A stretch of DNA of 49,098 bases, counting the filler, from Catajapyx aquilonaris (Eukaryota), in NCBI GenBank assembly GCA_000934665.2. It is 2 parts of 2 records of this genome, joined end to end, with 100 filler letters (N's around TTAATTAATTAA, not from the genome) between each part and the next. Parts side by side here need not be neighbours in the genome. Positions count along the whole stretch, not along the records: positions 1 to 24,515 come from JYFJ02005498.1; 1 more part is not named here. One strand, 5' to 3'. The notes under the pieces were generated by a model. It searched no databases. It was not told the DNA's origin and saw nothing but the letters and a program-made list of their open reading frames with translations. The position numbers and the translations under genes were made by a program. Below, one piece after another: positions 1 to 12,686 of the stretch. How positions within the stretch are numbered: the first letter of the stretch is position 1; every line of letters begins with the position of its first letter.

Positions 1-427
1 GCTGTAAAGGTAATTGTGAATGCATATTTTGGTTTTTATTTGTTTCAAGGCAAAGGCGAAGGGACTCAGCCAGAGAAAACCGACATCCTGCACAACCCAG
101 GGTAACCTACATGGTTGCCTCCCCCACCCTAGAGAGGGTACTGTCTCCACGTAGTCCTTATGGGGCGGCCATATTGGAACTAGATTTCCGGCGGGATTTC
201 AAATTTCAATGCTGCAGTATAGGAAATTGGCAATAGTTTAATGTTTTTTTTCACGGACATTTTTGGATATTCAGTGGAAGTGAAGTATGGAAACTTGAGA
301 TAACCTACTTACACATGCATACGAAAGCCCCTTCTCTTCACTGCACTGCCCTCCTCCCCAGGGGCCCTATTGACAATGAGTAAAAGTAAAAGCGAATCCA
401 TGCGATATGAGGATTGTCTGTTGTTGT

Positions 428-960
428 ATTATTATAATTATCATTATAATTATCATTATAATTTTTATTATAATTATCATTATTATCATTATTATTATCA
501 TTATAATTTTTATTATAATTATCATTATTATCATTATTATTATCATTATAATTTTTATTATAATTTTTATTATAATTATCATTATAATTATCATTATAAT
601 TATCATTATAATTTTTATTATAATTATCATTATTATCATTATAATTATCATTATTATCATTATTATAATTATTATAATTATAATTATTATAATAAATATA
701 ATATATAATAAAATATAATAAATTTGAACAATGATTGTGTAGTAATAATGATAATGATAATGATAATTATCATTATTATCATTATTATTATCATTATTAT
801 CATTATTATAATTATAATTATAATTATTATAATAAATATAATATATAATAAAATATAATAAATTTGAACAATGATTGTGTAGTAATAATGATAATGATAA
901 TGATAATTATCATTATTATCATTATAATTATCATTATTATCATTATAATTATCCTTATTA
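428..960. repeat. (TAT/CAT/AAT)n-derived low-complexity array with a ~140-bp direct duplication (691 and 831)
   Basis: Read directly; it produces the poly-I/Y/N ORFs in the track. Confidence 0.9.
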
Positions 961-1116
961 CTACACAACCATTGTTCAAATGGCGTACATGCCATCAGGG
1001 ACACTGTGGCGCCATTTCCGCCGACATTCTCAGATAGTGTGTCAGTGTCTTTGAGTGTAACCCTTATTGTTTCTTCCTGAAAAGAAAATGCCCCGGGATC
1101 TAGGGTTCTTCAAGTA

Positions 1117-1131
1117 AGTATAATAATAATC

Positions 1132-1200
<69 letters not shown>

Positions 1201-1325
1201 ATGATAATAATTATAATTATAATTATAATGATAATAATAATGGTAATAATAATGATAATTATAATGATAATTATAATGATAATTATAATAAAAATTATAA
1301 TGATAATAATAATGATAATTACAAT
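1117..1325. repeat. (AAT/GAT)n array, inverted counterpart of the left arm array
   Basis: Read directly; reverse-complement orientation of 428-700. Confidence 0.9.
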
Positions 1326-1652
1326 AATACAACAACAGACAATCCTCATATCGCATGGATTCGCTTTTACTTTTACTCATTGTCAATAGGGCCCCTGGGG
1401 AGGAGGGCAGGAGTGCAGTGAAGAGAAGGGGCTTTCGTATGCATGTGTAAGTAGGTTATCTCAAGTTTCCATACTTCACTTCCACTGAATATCCAAAAAT
1501 GTCCGTGGAAAAAAACATTAAACTATTGCCAATTTCCTATACTGCAGCATTGCAATTTGAAATCCCGCCGGAAATCAAGTTCCAATATGGCGGAGAGACA
1601 ATACCCTGTCTAGGGGGAGGACGGCACTCATGTAGGTTACCCTGGCACAACC

Positions 1653-2351
1653 ATGTCCCATAGTAACGGAAATTAATGTAAAAATGGCAATTTATTAACA
1701 TTTTTTGTAATCATTGCGCCAAAATTATAAAATGAGCATTTTTTGCCATGAATGCCACGCATTTCCTCTTCAGCACTGTTAGTCATCCCATTAGACAGTG
1801 TCTATTTAGATTACTCTGTTCATGGATCATTCTGGGACTGATTAGGGCCTATATTTGGCCCCATTGCGTACTTTCAAGGCGCACATGCGTTCCTTCAAAT
1901 GCAATTATTTTCCTTAAATCAAAAAACTCCTCCTGAGATTTTTTTCTATGTGAGGGAAAGGGTCTGGGCTACAACATGATTTAAAAATCGGATTTTTAAA
2001 TTAGACGGATTTAAAAAAAAAAATTGAAATTTTGAAAATGGGACAAAATTTTCAAAAAAGTCACAATACGAATTTTCAATCCTTAGTGAGATTGGGCTCT
2101 CGAATCTCTTCAAAGGGAGCGGTCTACGACGTCTGTAGCTCAATTGGTTCACGAGATATGACCGATTTCTGCAACCCTACCTTCCGAAAATGACGTTTTT
2201 TTCGGTGGGCCTATCTCCGGGGAGGGGGGGTAAATCTCAAAACCGCGCAAATGGTATTTTTGAAAGACGTAATTAAAGCGATTCGCCGATTTTCGTCAAA
2301 ATCTGACAACCCAAGGGTCAGGGGGCTCGGTGAATTGACATGGAATGACCC
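1653..2351. mobile_element. Probable right end of an older DNA transposon (terminus ...TGGAATGACCC)
   Basis: The terminus resembles the GGTCATTCCA left end at 47439. No partner end is seen in the window. Confidence 0.35.
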
Positions 2352-3061
2352 AACTTCTTACCTGATCTCAATGTTTTTCAGATGAGGGATGGATGAAACA
2401 TGCTAGAAAATCATCTTAAAAATCAAAGTGGGAATTGTTTTTAAGGTCATTAGTAAATAACGGATTTTTAGGTTCTAAAAACCCTCCAAAAAGGTAGGCA
2501 TGTAGGTGCTGAGAACAGGCAAAATAGGCTCTTGAATAGGAAGTAAAAATCAAGCAGGTCGTAATTTATTTTCGTTCCAATTCTTGGCCATGGATTTTGT
2601 AGCGTGTTAGCAAACTAGCAGGTGTTCCCTATTTTCACCTTGGTTAGTAGGGGACGCCTGTGACAAAACAGCTTTATACACTGAAAATGATAATTCAACC
2701 TCACATACTGGATCGTACTTGAAAAGTGAAATGTCTTCTACTGCCAGTTCATCCAACATGCCTACAACTACTTTGGAGGGATGTCTTGAAAGGAAAAGCC
2801 TCAAAAACTCTCGGAAATCTTACAGAACGGCACGGCGTCAAAAAGGTGCATATAGGCGCCAATAGGACATTACGATATCGTAGGTTCCAACGCCCGAAAT
2901 AGGCAATTTTAGGTTCTATGAAACTATGATTTCTGAGGTCCATGTGTTATGTAACATATTTTGGGTCCTGTGTTCTGCATACAGAATAAAAAGTAGGGAA
3001 AAACCTAGAAATTCATTTACCTAGTCATTAGTAATGTGACCACAGTATGTGCTAATGACCG

Positions 3062-3303
3062 AAGCAGGTTGGCACAGTGGATAGGGCGTCCGACTGCTAA
3101 TCGGGAGGTCCTGGGTTCGAATCCCGGGGCCGGCAACCCTGACCGTGGTTTTGTGTGGTTTTGTGTGGTTTTCCACAGTCTTTTTAGGATAATTCCGGGG
3201 TCGCTTCTGTATAATAGGCCACAGCCGCTTCCTTCCTTCCCTATCCTTGGAGGTTGAAGAGACAATGCCTGGCCAACCTCCCTAATATCAATTACAAAAA
3301 AAA
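3062..3303 (+). mobile_element. tRNA-derived SINE
   Basis: A box TGGCACAGTGG, B box GGTTCGAATCC, tRNA-like head, GGTTTTGTGTGGTTTTCC body and A-rich tail. Confidence 0.75.
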
Positions 3304-3432
3304 GTGTATTGTTGTAGTCAGGCAAGAGTGTATGGTTTTTATTGTACCTAGAGCTAATTTTAAAATAAAATAGTTTACAGGCCCCTGACATTTTGCTTTG
3401 GAATACCTACGTGAGATTTGGAGCACATCACC

Positions 3433-6400
3433 ATGTCATGTCCAGAGCTGGATAGAGTGTATAGAGGCAGGAGATGTTTTGAGGACATGTCGACTGAGGT
3501 ATTGGCACCATTTTGTAATATTGGGTGATGTAAAATCATTTACGTAAAATAATTTTATTTGCAGGACATATGTGCAGAGGTTAGGGTCATTCTGATGCAG
3601 TTAACCCCAAGGACATGTTTAGCTTCAGTTCACAAGTTAGATGATTTGCCCATCTACACTAAAGATAGCAAGAAAGAAGTTGCTGAACTTGTTTTTGAAA
3701 AGGTATGTCGTGTCTTCTAACTTTCACTATTTGGTGATGTAAGCTACAGTGTATACAACCACATGTTTCCTTGCCAATTTTTTTTAAATGCAACATAAGA
3801 AATTTCGAGTGGAATTTTCATCCACCCGATGTTGTTATTGAGTTTTGTGCACATTCATGTGGTATTAGGCTTGACATATCTAATTTTTAACACAAGGTTT
3901 TAGATGAGCCTGAGATGTCTGAGGTGTGTGCAAAACTATGTGAAGCTTCAACATGGGCCACTGCAAGGGCCACTGATTTTTTTGAGCATCTCCATTTGTG
4001 CTGCTGGAGCCAATTTGAAAAGGATTGTTCCGAGCACCATGTGGAGAGAATGAGGGAATTGGAAACTACAGAATCCACAGAGCAGTACCAAGAGTTGCAG
4101 CTAGAATTTGATGATGAAATAACATGGCTGAAGAAGCGATCTCTTAGAAATATATGCTTCATTGGGGAGCTGTTCAAACTGGATAATATCTCAGTTAATT
4201 TTATTAGCAAGTGCCTGCAAAAGTTGCTTCATAATGGAGATGATCACTCTTTGTATTGTCTTTGTTGCCTTGTTACGCTAATTGGGAAGAAAATGTCACA
4301 GAGTGAGGATGCTGAAAGTGCTAAGATCTTGGATGGATGCTTGACTGAGCTGCACATGCTAATGGACAAACCAGCTGGATATTCAAGCCATACGAGCACT
4401 ATGCTTCAGCTTGTGATTGAACTACGTGAGTGTAACTGGGCGTCCAAAATGGATGATCCTTGTCTGAAGTTAACACCGAACATTTCACATGATGAATTCA
4501 GCCCATCGGTCACAAGAAAATGGGACCCTGGGAAAGGCAATATGGACTTTGAAACACAGGTGTGTGTGGTTTTGTGTGTGTGTGTGCTTCAGATTTTTGG
4601 AGTTCTTATCTGAACTAGGGCTTCATTAGCATTGTGAACATTTCAGATGATTGCAGACAGCTGTAGGCAGGTTCCACTGAGACCTGGAGGTCATGAGATT
4701 GACAATGTCGGTTCGCAGGTGTCTGTAGATGATGAGAAGCCTTTTGGCAGCAAGATGGATGAAGGATCCTTGTTGGTACAAGATAACAGCAATGAAGGAG
4801 GTAGAATATTCTGTTACCTAGTGTTTCATGCTTTGGTAGGGGAGCGGCCAGACACATGAGACACGTATACTCCATTATTACTGCTGGCCCAGTGTGCAGT
4901 GGAACTGACATGCCAGATTCCTGATTCTACTCCCAATTGTGGGGGAGGACAGGCATGTTGTGATCTCTGAGTTTCATACTACATACCATACCCAACATCC
5001 CCATCCCAGCCCCTCCAGCTGACTACATCGTAAGCCATACTGTTCCCTGCGTGCATATATGGATAGCTGGCATTCTATAATCATCTATAGGCTGTAAAGT
5101 TTTTTGCAGTGATGGCAGTGTGTGTTAATTGACTAAATCTGATGTTAGATACTCAAACAGGGGAAAAGAAGAACTTGCTGATGTGTGACTGGGCTGGTGA
5201 TTTGCTTGATGCACTAATTACTGGGGAAAACTACAAAGAGCTGCTCGCATTAGTGACAGATCAGCTTCATGACCTGGACACAGCTACAACCTTTGTGTGT
5301 AAATCACTGGAGCATGTGTTGGGAAAGTCATCCAAGGCCAGGGCCACTTGTGGGACTTTATTTTGTGACCTGATCAGTTGGAAAGTCTTGCAGCAGTCGC
5401 AGCTTGTGGACGGGTGAGTTTCTATGTCTGTGTGTTCTGGTCTGATCTGATGGAGGCTATATGTTAGCTTTTGTAGGTGAAGCTGTATTGTGCTGTAGTA
5501 CGTTAGGTGGTTGGGCTAAAAATCTGGAAAGTGCCTCATAAGTGAAATGGATGTGCATGAAAATGCCACTTGGTGGTTGTAAATTATTGAAAACAGCTGA
5601 ATTTTGCATAGGATCTACATAAGTATTGTTTTACATAATTATGGCAGTAGAGTGGTGCAGTGGTATTGGACTGAGGACTTGAGTCATGAGGAAAGAGTTG
5701 TTTTGATGGATAATTTTCGTGCTCACTTGGGTTTTCTCAAGGTTCTCTCATTTCCAGCCATAATAAAACTTTATCAACACTGCAATTAATGAATCACGTT
5801 AGGTTATTTACAAGGGACATTTAAGCTTAACATTGGGTAGCTGGTAATTGCTTTTCAAGTGATTTATTTGTACAAATTTATTTCTTTTATTATTATCCTA
5901 TTAATTTTTTATACTAATGCAGGATTATGATGCTTCTGGAGAATGTAAATTTTCCTATGGTGTGGGAGTATGCAGCAGAGATCATGGGTATGTTGAATTC
6001 CTAGATGGCAGGAGAATGGATATCACATACTGACTTTGTTTAATGGCCTTTCAGCTCCGTCATTCAAAGATGGCACCTTGGGTGTTCAGCTGCTGGAACA
6101 ATTGGCACCTTGGCTGAAAGAAAAGAACTATGGACGGAAGCTGGTGGCAGCTGTCTTATCTGGAATTTCTAAGGTCAAGGTGTGTACTTGTGGATTATGA
6201 CAGCCGTACTTTGTCATGTCAAGTTCTTCGTGGGACCTGGGATGCCTGGGGGAGAGAGAGGCAGTCTTAAAAGTGACTTTTGATGTCACTTCTGAAATAG
6301 AAATCAGAGGGAAAGCATGGGCTTCTGAAAAGTGAGGACCAGGACAATCCCAGTAAAGAACTAAGGTGTTTGCTTTTAAAAGAGCCTGTTTAGATGTGAA

Positions 6401-9400
6401 GAGCACAGGGGAAAAACGGGGAATGTCCAATTCCGTTGGGGTTCCTGCCAAGTGCACAGTACAATAGTAGCGTAGGTGACACTTATACCTGGAGGCTTTC
6501 CATGGGTACAAGGGGGACAGTTGCATATAATGACGTGAAGATATCCCTATTATTCTTTAGACACGTGAAGAAATAAAGCTATTTCTTCGATTTTTCATGG
6601 ACATTTTTTGTGTGACATTCCCCGTTTTTCCCCTGTGCTCTTCATGTGGAACATGACAAACGGTGGTGATTCTCTTTTATTGCTAATTGGTTTTGTCTGG
6701 AACAATTACTCTGAAGGACACATATACATTATTAGTTGTGTGATTTTCTCCCTGGGTACATTTCAAATTTGATGTGCGTGTGAACTATATTGCTGACTTT
6801 TATAAGTCTCAAGTGGTCGCTATTATTGTTACAGGGTCCTAAAGTGACATTGCAGATGCTGCATTCTAGCAGTCTGCAGTTGCAAGATTTCATTCCCGGT
6901 GAAGAAGTAGATGAATTTGTCTCCCAGAACCCACTGGCACGACTATGGAAAACTGCTCCCTGTCGACCCATTACACCTGACAGTACTTCCTTCAAGGCAA
7001 AGTTGGATTACATGCTTCACAACAATGATCATGTGGATGACATCACTGCCTGGATATACGTGAGTGTTTTGCTTAGTCTGGGGCTGCTTTTAGGTGAATT
7101 ACTGCTTTTGTACTAGGTGGTAGTTAGGTTGTACCATTTGTTAGGAATATAACTTTTGTGCACCAGATAATGAAATGATTTCATTCATCAATAATCCCAT
7201 ACATTGGTTGTGTTTGAAACAACACGTAAGCGGCATAAAATAACCTGGAATGTTAGTGACACCAAAAACAAGCTGCGACATCATATTGAAACTTACTTTT
7301 GGCAATGCGAAGAACTGATTGTGAGTGCAGATGAACTTTAACAAGAACAATATTTATTTTTTATGCTTTGAATACACCTTATGGGCTTATGTGTCCCATG
7401 GCACAGACTTTGTCTCTCCACTTCCCCTCTTGCAAAGGCTGGTTGTATGATTGATCATAATCCATGACAAGTGATTAATCCTTTATGAATGACATGATTC
7501 AGTCACTTGTTCTGGATTTACCATCGATCATATAACATAACATATAGTCATAAGCAGCATTTGGTATGAGAATAGTTTTCCACATAATTTTTTTCACTGC
7601 AAGGGAAGGTATGTGATGTGACAGGAAGATGCATGTCATGGTACATACAGGGTGTAAATGAATTCAGCCGACAAACTTGTAGGGGTAATAGAGGGGACCA
7701 AGACAAACATTTTTGACATAGGAACCCGTGTCCGGAAACGCCATCTAGAGGGGGTTCATAGACAAGGAACGGGTGTGATCACACGCGTCACGCGAGAGGT
7801 GCTAGGTGAGCGGATTGTTTTGTTGATAGATGGCGCTCGGATAGTAACCAACGATGCGATGTGCCATAACGTGGCAACAACAGAGTCATCTAGCAACTAA
7901 AGTCCGCCTCCTAGGAGGCGCGCGGATAGTCAACAGCGGTTCTGTTGTTGCCAGGTTATGGCGTGTTGCGTTGTTGTTTACTTACAACGACACGATACGC
8001 CATAACCTGGCAACACCTGCGCGCCATCTATCAACAAAACAGTCCGGTCGACTAGCGCCTCTCGCGTGACGCGTCTGAGCGCACCCGTTCCTTGTCTATG
8101 AACCCCCTCTAGATGGCGTTTCCGGACACGGGTTCCTATGTCAAATATGTTTGTCTTGGTCCCCTCTATTACCCCTACAAGTTTGTCGGCTGAATTCATT
8201 TACACCCTGTATACCCTTCAATGTAATGTCTGTTATTTGATCAGGAAACTTCTAGAACTCAGTTTTGGAAATAATATAAGTAGACCTCAGCCATGCCATC
8301 CAAATAAAAACCTATTAATGCCCCAGCCCACTTACTGCCTTGTCCCTTCCCCTTGGCTTATGAGGCGATGTTTGGCACGTGAGAGAGGGATTACGTCAAG
8401 TTTCATTGTGGTCAACCCACAAACTGGCAGGTCTCCCTTTGGCACTAATTGTGCAGTTATCTGCAAGGTTTTGATGCTTACAGTTTTCCATTGCACAGCT
8501 TTTTGGGCAGGAATTATGAATGGAAGCTGGGGAGCCCTCATCCATGCCAAAGTTGGATCCCCCCAGTGTAGCACTTTAAAAAAAACCTTGAGATGGTCAT
8601 AATTTATTATAGTCACTTTTTTGCTACTTTATAAGATAAAAATTTGTCCTGTTACTCTTGTGATAACTGTACACTGTTAATGCCAACTATCGCAAATGTG
8701 TTAACATGGTTAGTGCACTGTATAATCATGATTTTGCAACATACTGTATAGAGATAAATCAATTGACAAATTGTAATAAGGCTAGCTCTTTTGAAACACT
8801 GTACTACTTAAAAATGTCACATTTCACAGGTGAATATTAGAAATGGGATGAAGGAACCTCAAATTATACGTGCTTTGACTACTGCCATATGTGAGCATGT
8901 GCTTTATGGTAAGTTTTGATGTGTATGAAATGCTTCGCAGGTTTTTAAAATCTACCAACTCGTTTCTATTAACCTTTCATGTTCTCATGCAGAACATGCA
9001 GACAGTCCTCTTGAGGAGCAGATGAAGCACTTAACATGCAGCCTGCTAAAGCCATTTCTGAAAAAGAAAAGGGAGTTGGAATTGCAAAGCTTGTATGCCC
9101 TTCAAGCTGTAATGCACAAGTTAGGTCATCCACAAGGTGAGTTATGCTTTTAATATAAATTGTTCCTAAAATATCCAGGACAGTAAAGTAGTTGACATAA
9201 TCATGCTTACTAGACTAAAATTTGTTGCCTTGTAACTTGTAATATGTTTTTGTCTGTTTTTAATGCAGTACTTAGCAAGTGCACCATAAGCATGAATGCT
9301 GTAGTGTAAATTAAGGGCTAAGAACTGCGGAGTTTATGAGAATGTAGGCTACAGTTACAACAAACTTGTATTTTACACATTTTTTTGCAGGTGTTCAGCG

Positions 9401-9578
9401 TCAAATATTTGAGATTTTGTTTGATGCAGAGACAATCTCAGAGGATTCTTTCAAGAGGTGGGAGAAAAGCCAAGACCCTGCGGAGCAGGATGGAAAGAGA
9501 GAGGCACTCAAGTCATTGCCCCAATTTTTTATTTGGCTGAAGGAGACAGCAAGCAATGAAGATGAACCTTGCAGGTAG
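3433..9578 (+). CDS. eIF4G: Eukaryotic translation initiation factor 4 gamma-like protein (MIF4G, MA3, W2), divergent paralogue, ~703 aa, 11 coding exons
   Basis: GT-AG exons join in frame without stops: 3433-3498 (putative start, less certain), 3565-3702, 3897-4559, 4647-4800, 5149-5413, 5923-5987, 6055-6179, 6835-7059, 8830-8908, 8993-9136, 9391-9578. MIF4G motifs VRVILMQLTP..ELVFEK|VLDEP, RSLRNICFIGELFKL, SLYCLCCLVTLIGK. MA3 motifs FVCKSLEHVL..ARATCG, PMVWEYAAE. W2 motifs ELQSLYALQ, ISEDSFKRWEKSQDPAEQDGK..ALKSL.QFFIWLKE. Confidence 0.92.
6398..6643. mobile_element. MITE, Sola-like, in an eIF4G intron
   Basis: TIR GAAGAGCACAGGGGAAAAACGGGGAATGTC / GACATTCCCCGTTTTTCCCCTGTGCTCTTC; 4-bp TSD ATGT. 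Confidence 0.8.
7648..8209. mobile_element. Young Tc1/mariner-type MITE in an eIF4G intron
   Basis: TA TSD, CAGGGTGTAAATGAATTC termini and ~125-bp near-identical TIRs (seen as mirror ORFs 7658+ and 7978-). Confidence 0.92.
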
Positions 9579-9864
9579 TGTTTTCGCCTTGCATTTTGTA
9601 CATTAATTAATTTCAATACTTCACTGAATTCACTTGGACATTTTTTGAAAGTATTATTTCACAAGAAATCAATTCAATTAATTTTCAAATTGGTGTGATT
9701 CTTGAAAAAGTTGACCCTGGAAATGCTGCAGAAAGCAACATTCTTTGGATAGAATGACATTCTGACAGCACAAAATGACCCCACATGGCTATAGAAGGCA
9801 ACACACAGCAACCAATGCATGATCAGGCCATTATCTATTGTTGACTTTGACTACTCGCTATGAA

Positions 9865-10052
9865 GGGGGGCATGGTGGCCTAGTGGCTACTGACCAGCCA
9901 AGCGGGAGGTCCGCGGTTCAAATCCCATCCCAATCACCTTCGCTTGCTTGGGTCTTTTTTCTGCCTTTCACCTTACATGCATGTCCAGGCATCAGAGTTG
10001 CATTCCCTCCCTTCTCTGCGCAGGACCAAGAGAAAAGGTCTGATATTTATGA
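9865..10052 (+). mobile_element. tRNA-derived SINE (family 2), copy 1
   Basis: A box TGGCCTAGTGG, B box GGTTCAAATCC; homologous to the inverted copy at 11015-11216. Confidence 0.65.
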
Positions 10053-11014
10053 GGGGATCAGAAGTGACTAATGTACAGAAAACAAGAGAATGATCTGACA
10101 TCCTAGTTTCTTCCAATGTTGCTTTTTGTTGACACTGTTTCCTCACAGGGACAGTGCGGGGGGGGGGGGGGNGGGGGGGGCACACCAGAGGAGGGCCCAC
10201 GCAGCGGGGTCCTGTTGGATTTGTAAAATGTGTAGCCATACCTTTTTAAGAGGTAGGCTACGATAGTTATGAAATTAATGTGTATTTTCGACATCAATTA
10301 ACAAGAACTAACAAATTTCGAGTTTCCAACTGCTAAAATGATGCTATAAATTCATAACAATTATCAGAAAATGACAGCAAATTGATTTAGTGATTATTTA
10401 GATTATGAGCAATGGTTGATCCTCAGAGTCAAAGACGAGGCGGCCCTTTCTGGGCCCTGAAATTTGCAGGGACCCCGCTCAAACTGTTTGTGTCTTTAAT
10501 TTTCACTAACACCGCCACGGAATCTGCATATTAATTTGTTTAAAAGAAAAATTGGACCCTGTGTTTGAGCGTAAATATTTTACGAATGAAAAATTCAAAA
10601 TATTCATGCACAATGTACGAGGGCCACACCAAAATGATTTACGGTTTATTCTTTTGCTGAAAATACAGGGACCATACAGGTCGGCAAATAGGCACACACT
10701 ATCGACAGAACGCTCCCGGAGGCGAATGCACAGTAGTCCTGGGTGTGGCAACCTCTCCAGGCCCCTCAGGAACTACTTTTTGGAGGTGGGACGCACCTAC
10801 TATCGGACAACTACTCAGTCAGCAACTATCAACAATGTCAGGAAAATAGCGTCGGCGAAGGGATTTTTTTCGTGAATCTTGCTTTGAGTGCTTCCACACC
10901 CACTCCCATGGCCTGGCCTCCAGTGATTTTGTTTGTTTGTTTGTAATACCCCGTGATTGGGTCAGTGGCCCTCTTAGGGTAGGGGGGAGGTTCCCGTTCC
11001 TAAGGGAGGGCGTT

Positions 11015-11216
11015 CTTAAGTAGTAATTTCTGGCCCTCTTAAATATACCAGAGCTTTTCTCTTGGCCCTGGGCAGAGAAGGGAGTGCAATTCTGCCCGGA
11101 CATGTCGGGTGAAAGGTGGAAAAAGACCCAACCAAGCGAAGATGACTGAGGGATTTGAACACCGTACCTCCCGCTTGGCTGGCCAGTAGAATAGCCACTA
11201 GACCACCATGCTCTCC
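11015..11216 (-). mobile_element. tRNA-derived SINE (family 2), copy 2
   Basis: Reverse complement reads GCATGGTGGTCTAGTGGCTA...GTTCAAATCCC...CCCTTCTCTGCCCAGGGCCAAGAGAAAA, matching copy 1. Confidence 0.65.
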
Positions 11217-12618
11217 ACCTCCAGGGACTTTCATCTGTTCGAATGTATTTAAAAAGTCCCTTCGCCGATGACATTTCGAATACGTTGTTGACTGTGAAGA
11301 GTTGTCCAGGAGTCGGTGCGCCACACCACCAAAAAGTGGTTTCTGGAGGGCCTGGAGAGGTTGACCAGTGCCACTGCCAGTGAATTCAGCTCCAGGAGGA
11401 TTCTTTCTATAATTGACCTGCATGGGCATTGTGTCTGTGGCAAAAAACAAATTGTAAATCATTTTGGTACCGCCCTCGTAATTGGAGACCTTCTTTAAAA
11501 ACATCTCATAATGGCTACATTCGTTATAATTCGCTATTTTTATCGGAGAGCAAACAAGTGTCAATTTCTGATGGCCCTGCGAGATGAAGCCTAATATTGA
11601 GAATATTTTTAGAGAAGTAAATGTTCAATCAAAAAAATTGCGTTTAAAACTATCGGTGGTTCCAACATTTTCACTCCGGCCTCTCGCTTTATAATCGTGT
11701 TATTTATGACCGTTTAATAATATTGCAATCAAGACAAGAAAAACCCAGGTATCTAGCTTCTGCAAAAAATTCGGCGATTTCAATATTAAAGCCTGGGCAT
11801 TACTTCCCAGCACGATAATTAACATACGCACGAAATTAATAATTTCACGAAAGTTTCTGGCCTGACCTGGCTACATTAGGCCATATTAATTCGCATCATC
11901 TTCACTCTTGCTTCCTCTACCACCTTCTCCTATTCCTACCTCCTTTTCCACCTCAAATAGATGGGATAACTGGGTTTTGGACTTTGGTTCTGTCTTAATA
12001 ACAATGAAACAATCATAAATAATTCGATTGTAAAGCAAAAGAGGCGCCGTGAAAATGTTGAAACCATTGATAGTTAAATAGGCAATTTCTTTTGCTGGAC
12101 CAAAAAATTCATAATCCATAGCGCAAGGCCATAGAAATTCATCTTCTCCCTCGGAGAATTTTTGGGAACCTCCCCTTCCTCCTGGGAGGTCCTGAACTAA
12201 GGCGCACTACCACTGTGTCGAGTGATTGACTAACCAACTGTCAGTATGTCATAATACTACATCGGTACCACCTTATACTTTTGTCACAAAATGCAAAGTT
12301 TGGGTCAAATTTGTCCCTTAGCACCTGGACTATAGGGAGTACCTCCTCTAGGTATCTAATACATATTTCAAGACGTATGTCTTTCCGGTTATTCGCTATG
12401 CAAATCCATACGGACGTCCCGACATATGCCCCAGGAGTATCACTAGGGGTAGTTTTTTACTGGGAATGTCATAAGCACATTGGAATTGACCTGCGAGGTC
12501 ATCCTTGGCCACAGGAGGCGAAAAGAACTTCGGGAAGTTGGCATCCTGTGTTCTAATAATGCGCATATTGGTATCAACAAACTCACAAACCCCTGTTCTG
12601 TTTCCATGGGAACGGCCT

Positions 12619-12643
12619 CTTTCTCTCTCTCTCTCTCTCTCTT

Positions 12644-12682
<39 letters not shown>
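12619..12682. repeat. (CT)n microsatellite
   Basis: Read directly. Confidence 0.95.

Positions 12683-12686
<4 letters not shown>

Larger units (their letters stand above)
98..1644. mobile_element. Non-autonomous foldback DNA transposon with long TIRs and AAT/CAT-type satellite arms (P/Galileo- or hAT-like)
   Basis: Termini CAGGGTAACCTACATG / CATGTAGGTTACCCTG. Exact 8-bp TSD GCACAACC (90-97, 1645-1652). About 330 bp of unique inverted repeat (98-~430 vs ~1325-1644) continues into oppositely oriented trinucleotide arrays. Confidence 0.9.

Noticed and set aside
367..1389. Poly-I/Y/N/H ORFs on both strands
   Set aside because: Translations of trinucleotide arrays inside a foldback element; mirrored on the two arms.
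3062..3135. tRNA-Ser(GCT) gene
   Set aside because: No long variable arm, poor acceptor stem, and it continues into a SINE body and A tail.
7658..8199. Twin ORFs starting MNSADKLVG on opposite strands
   Set aside because: Artefact of MITE terminal inverted repeats.
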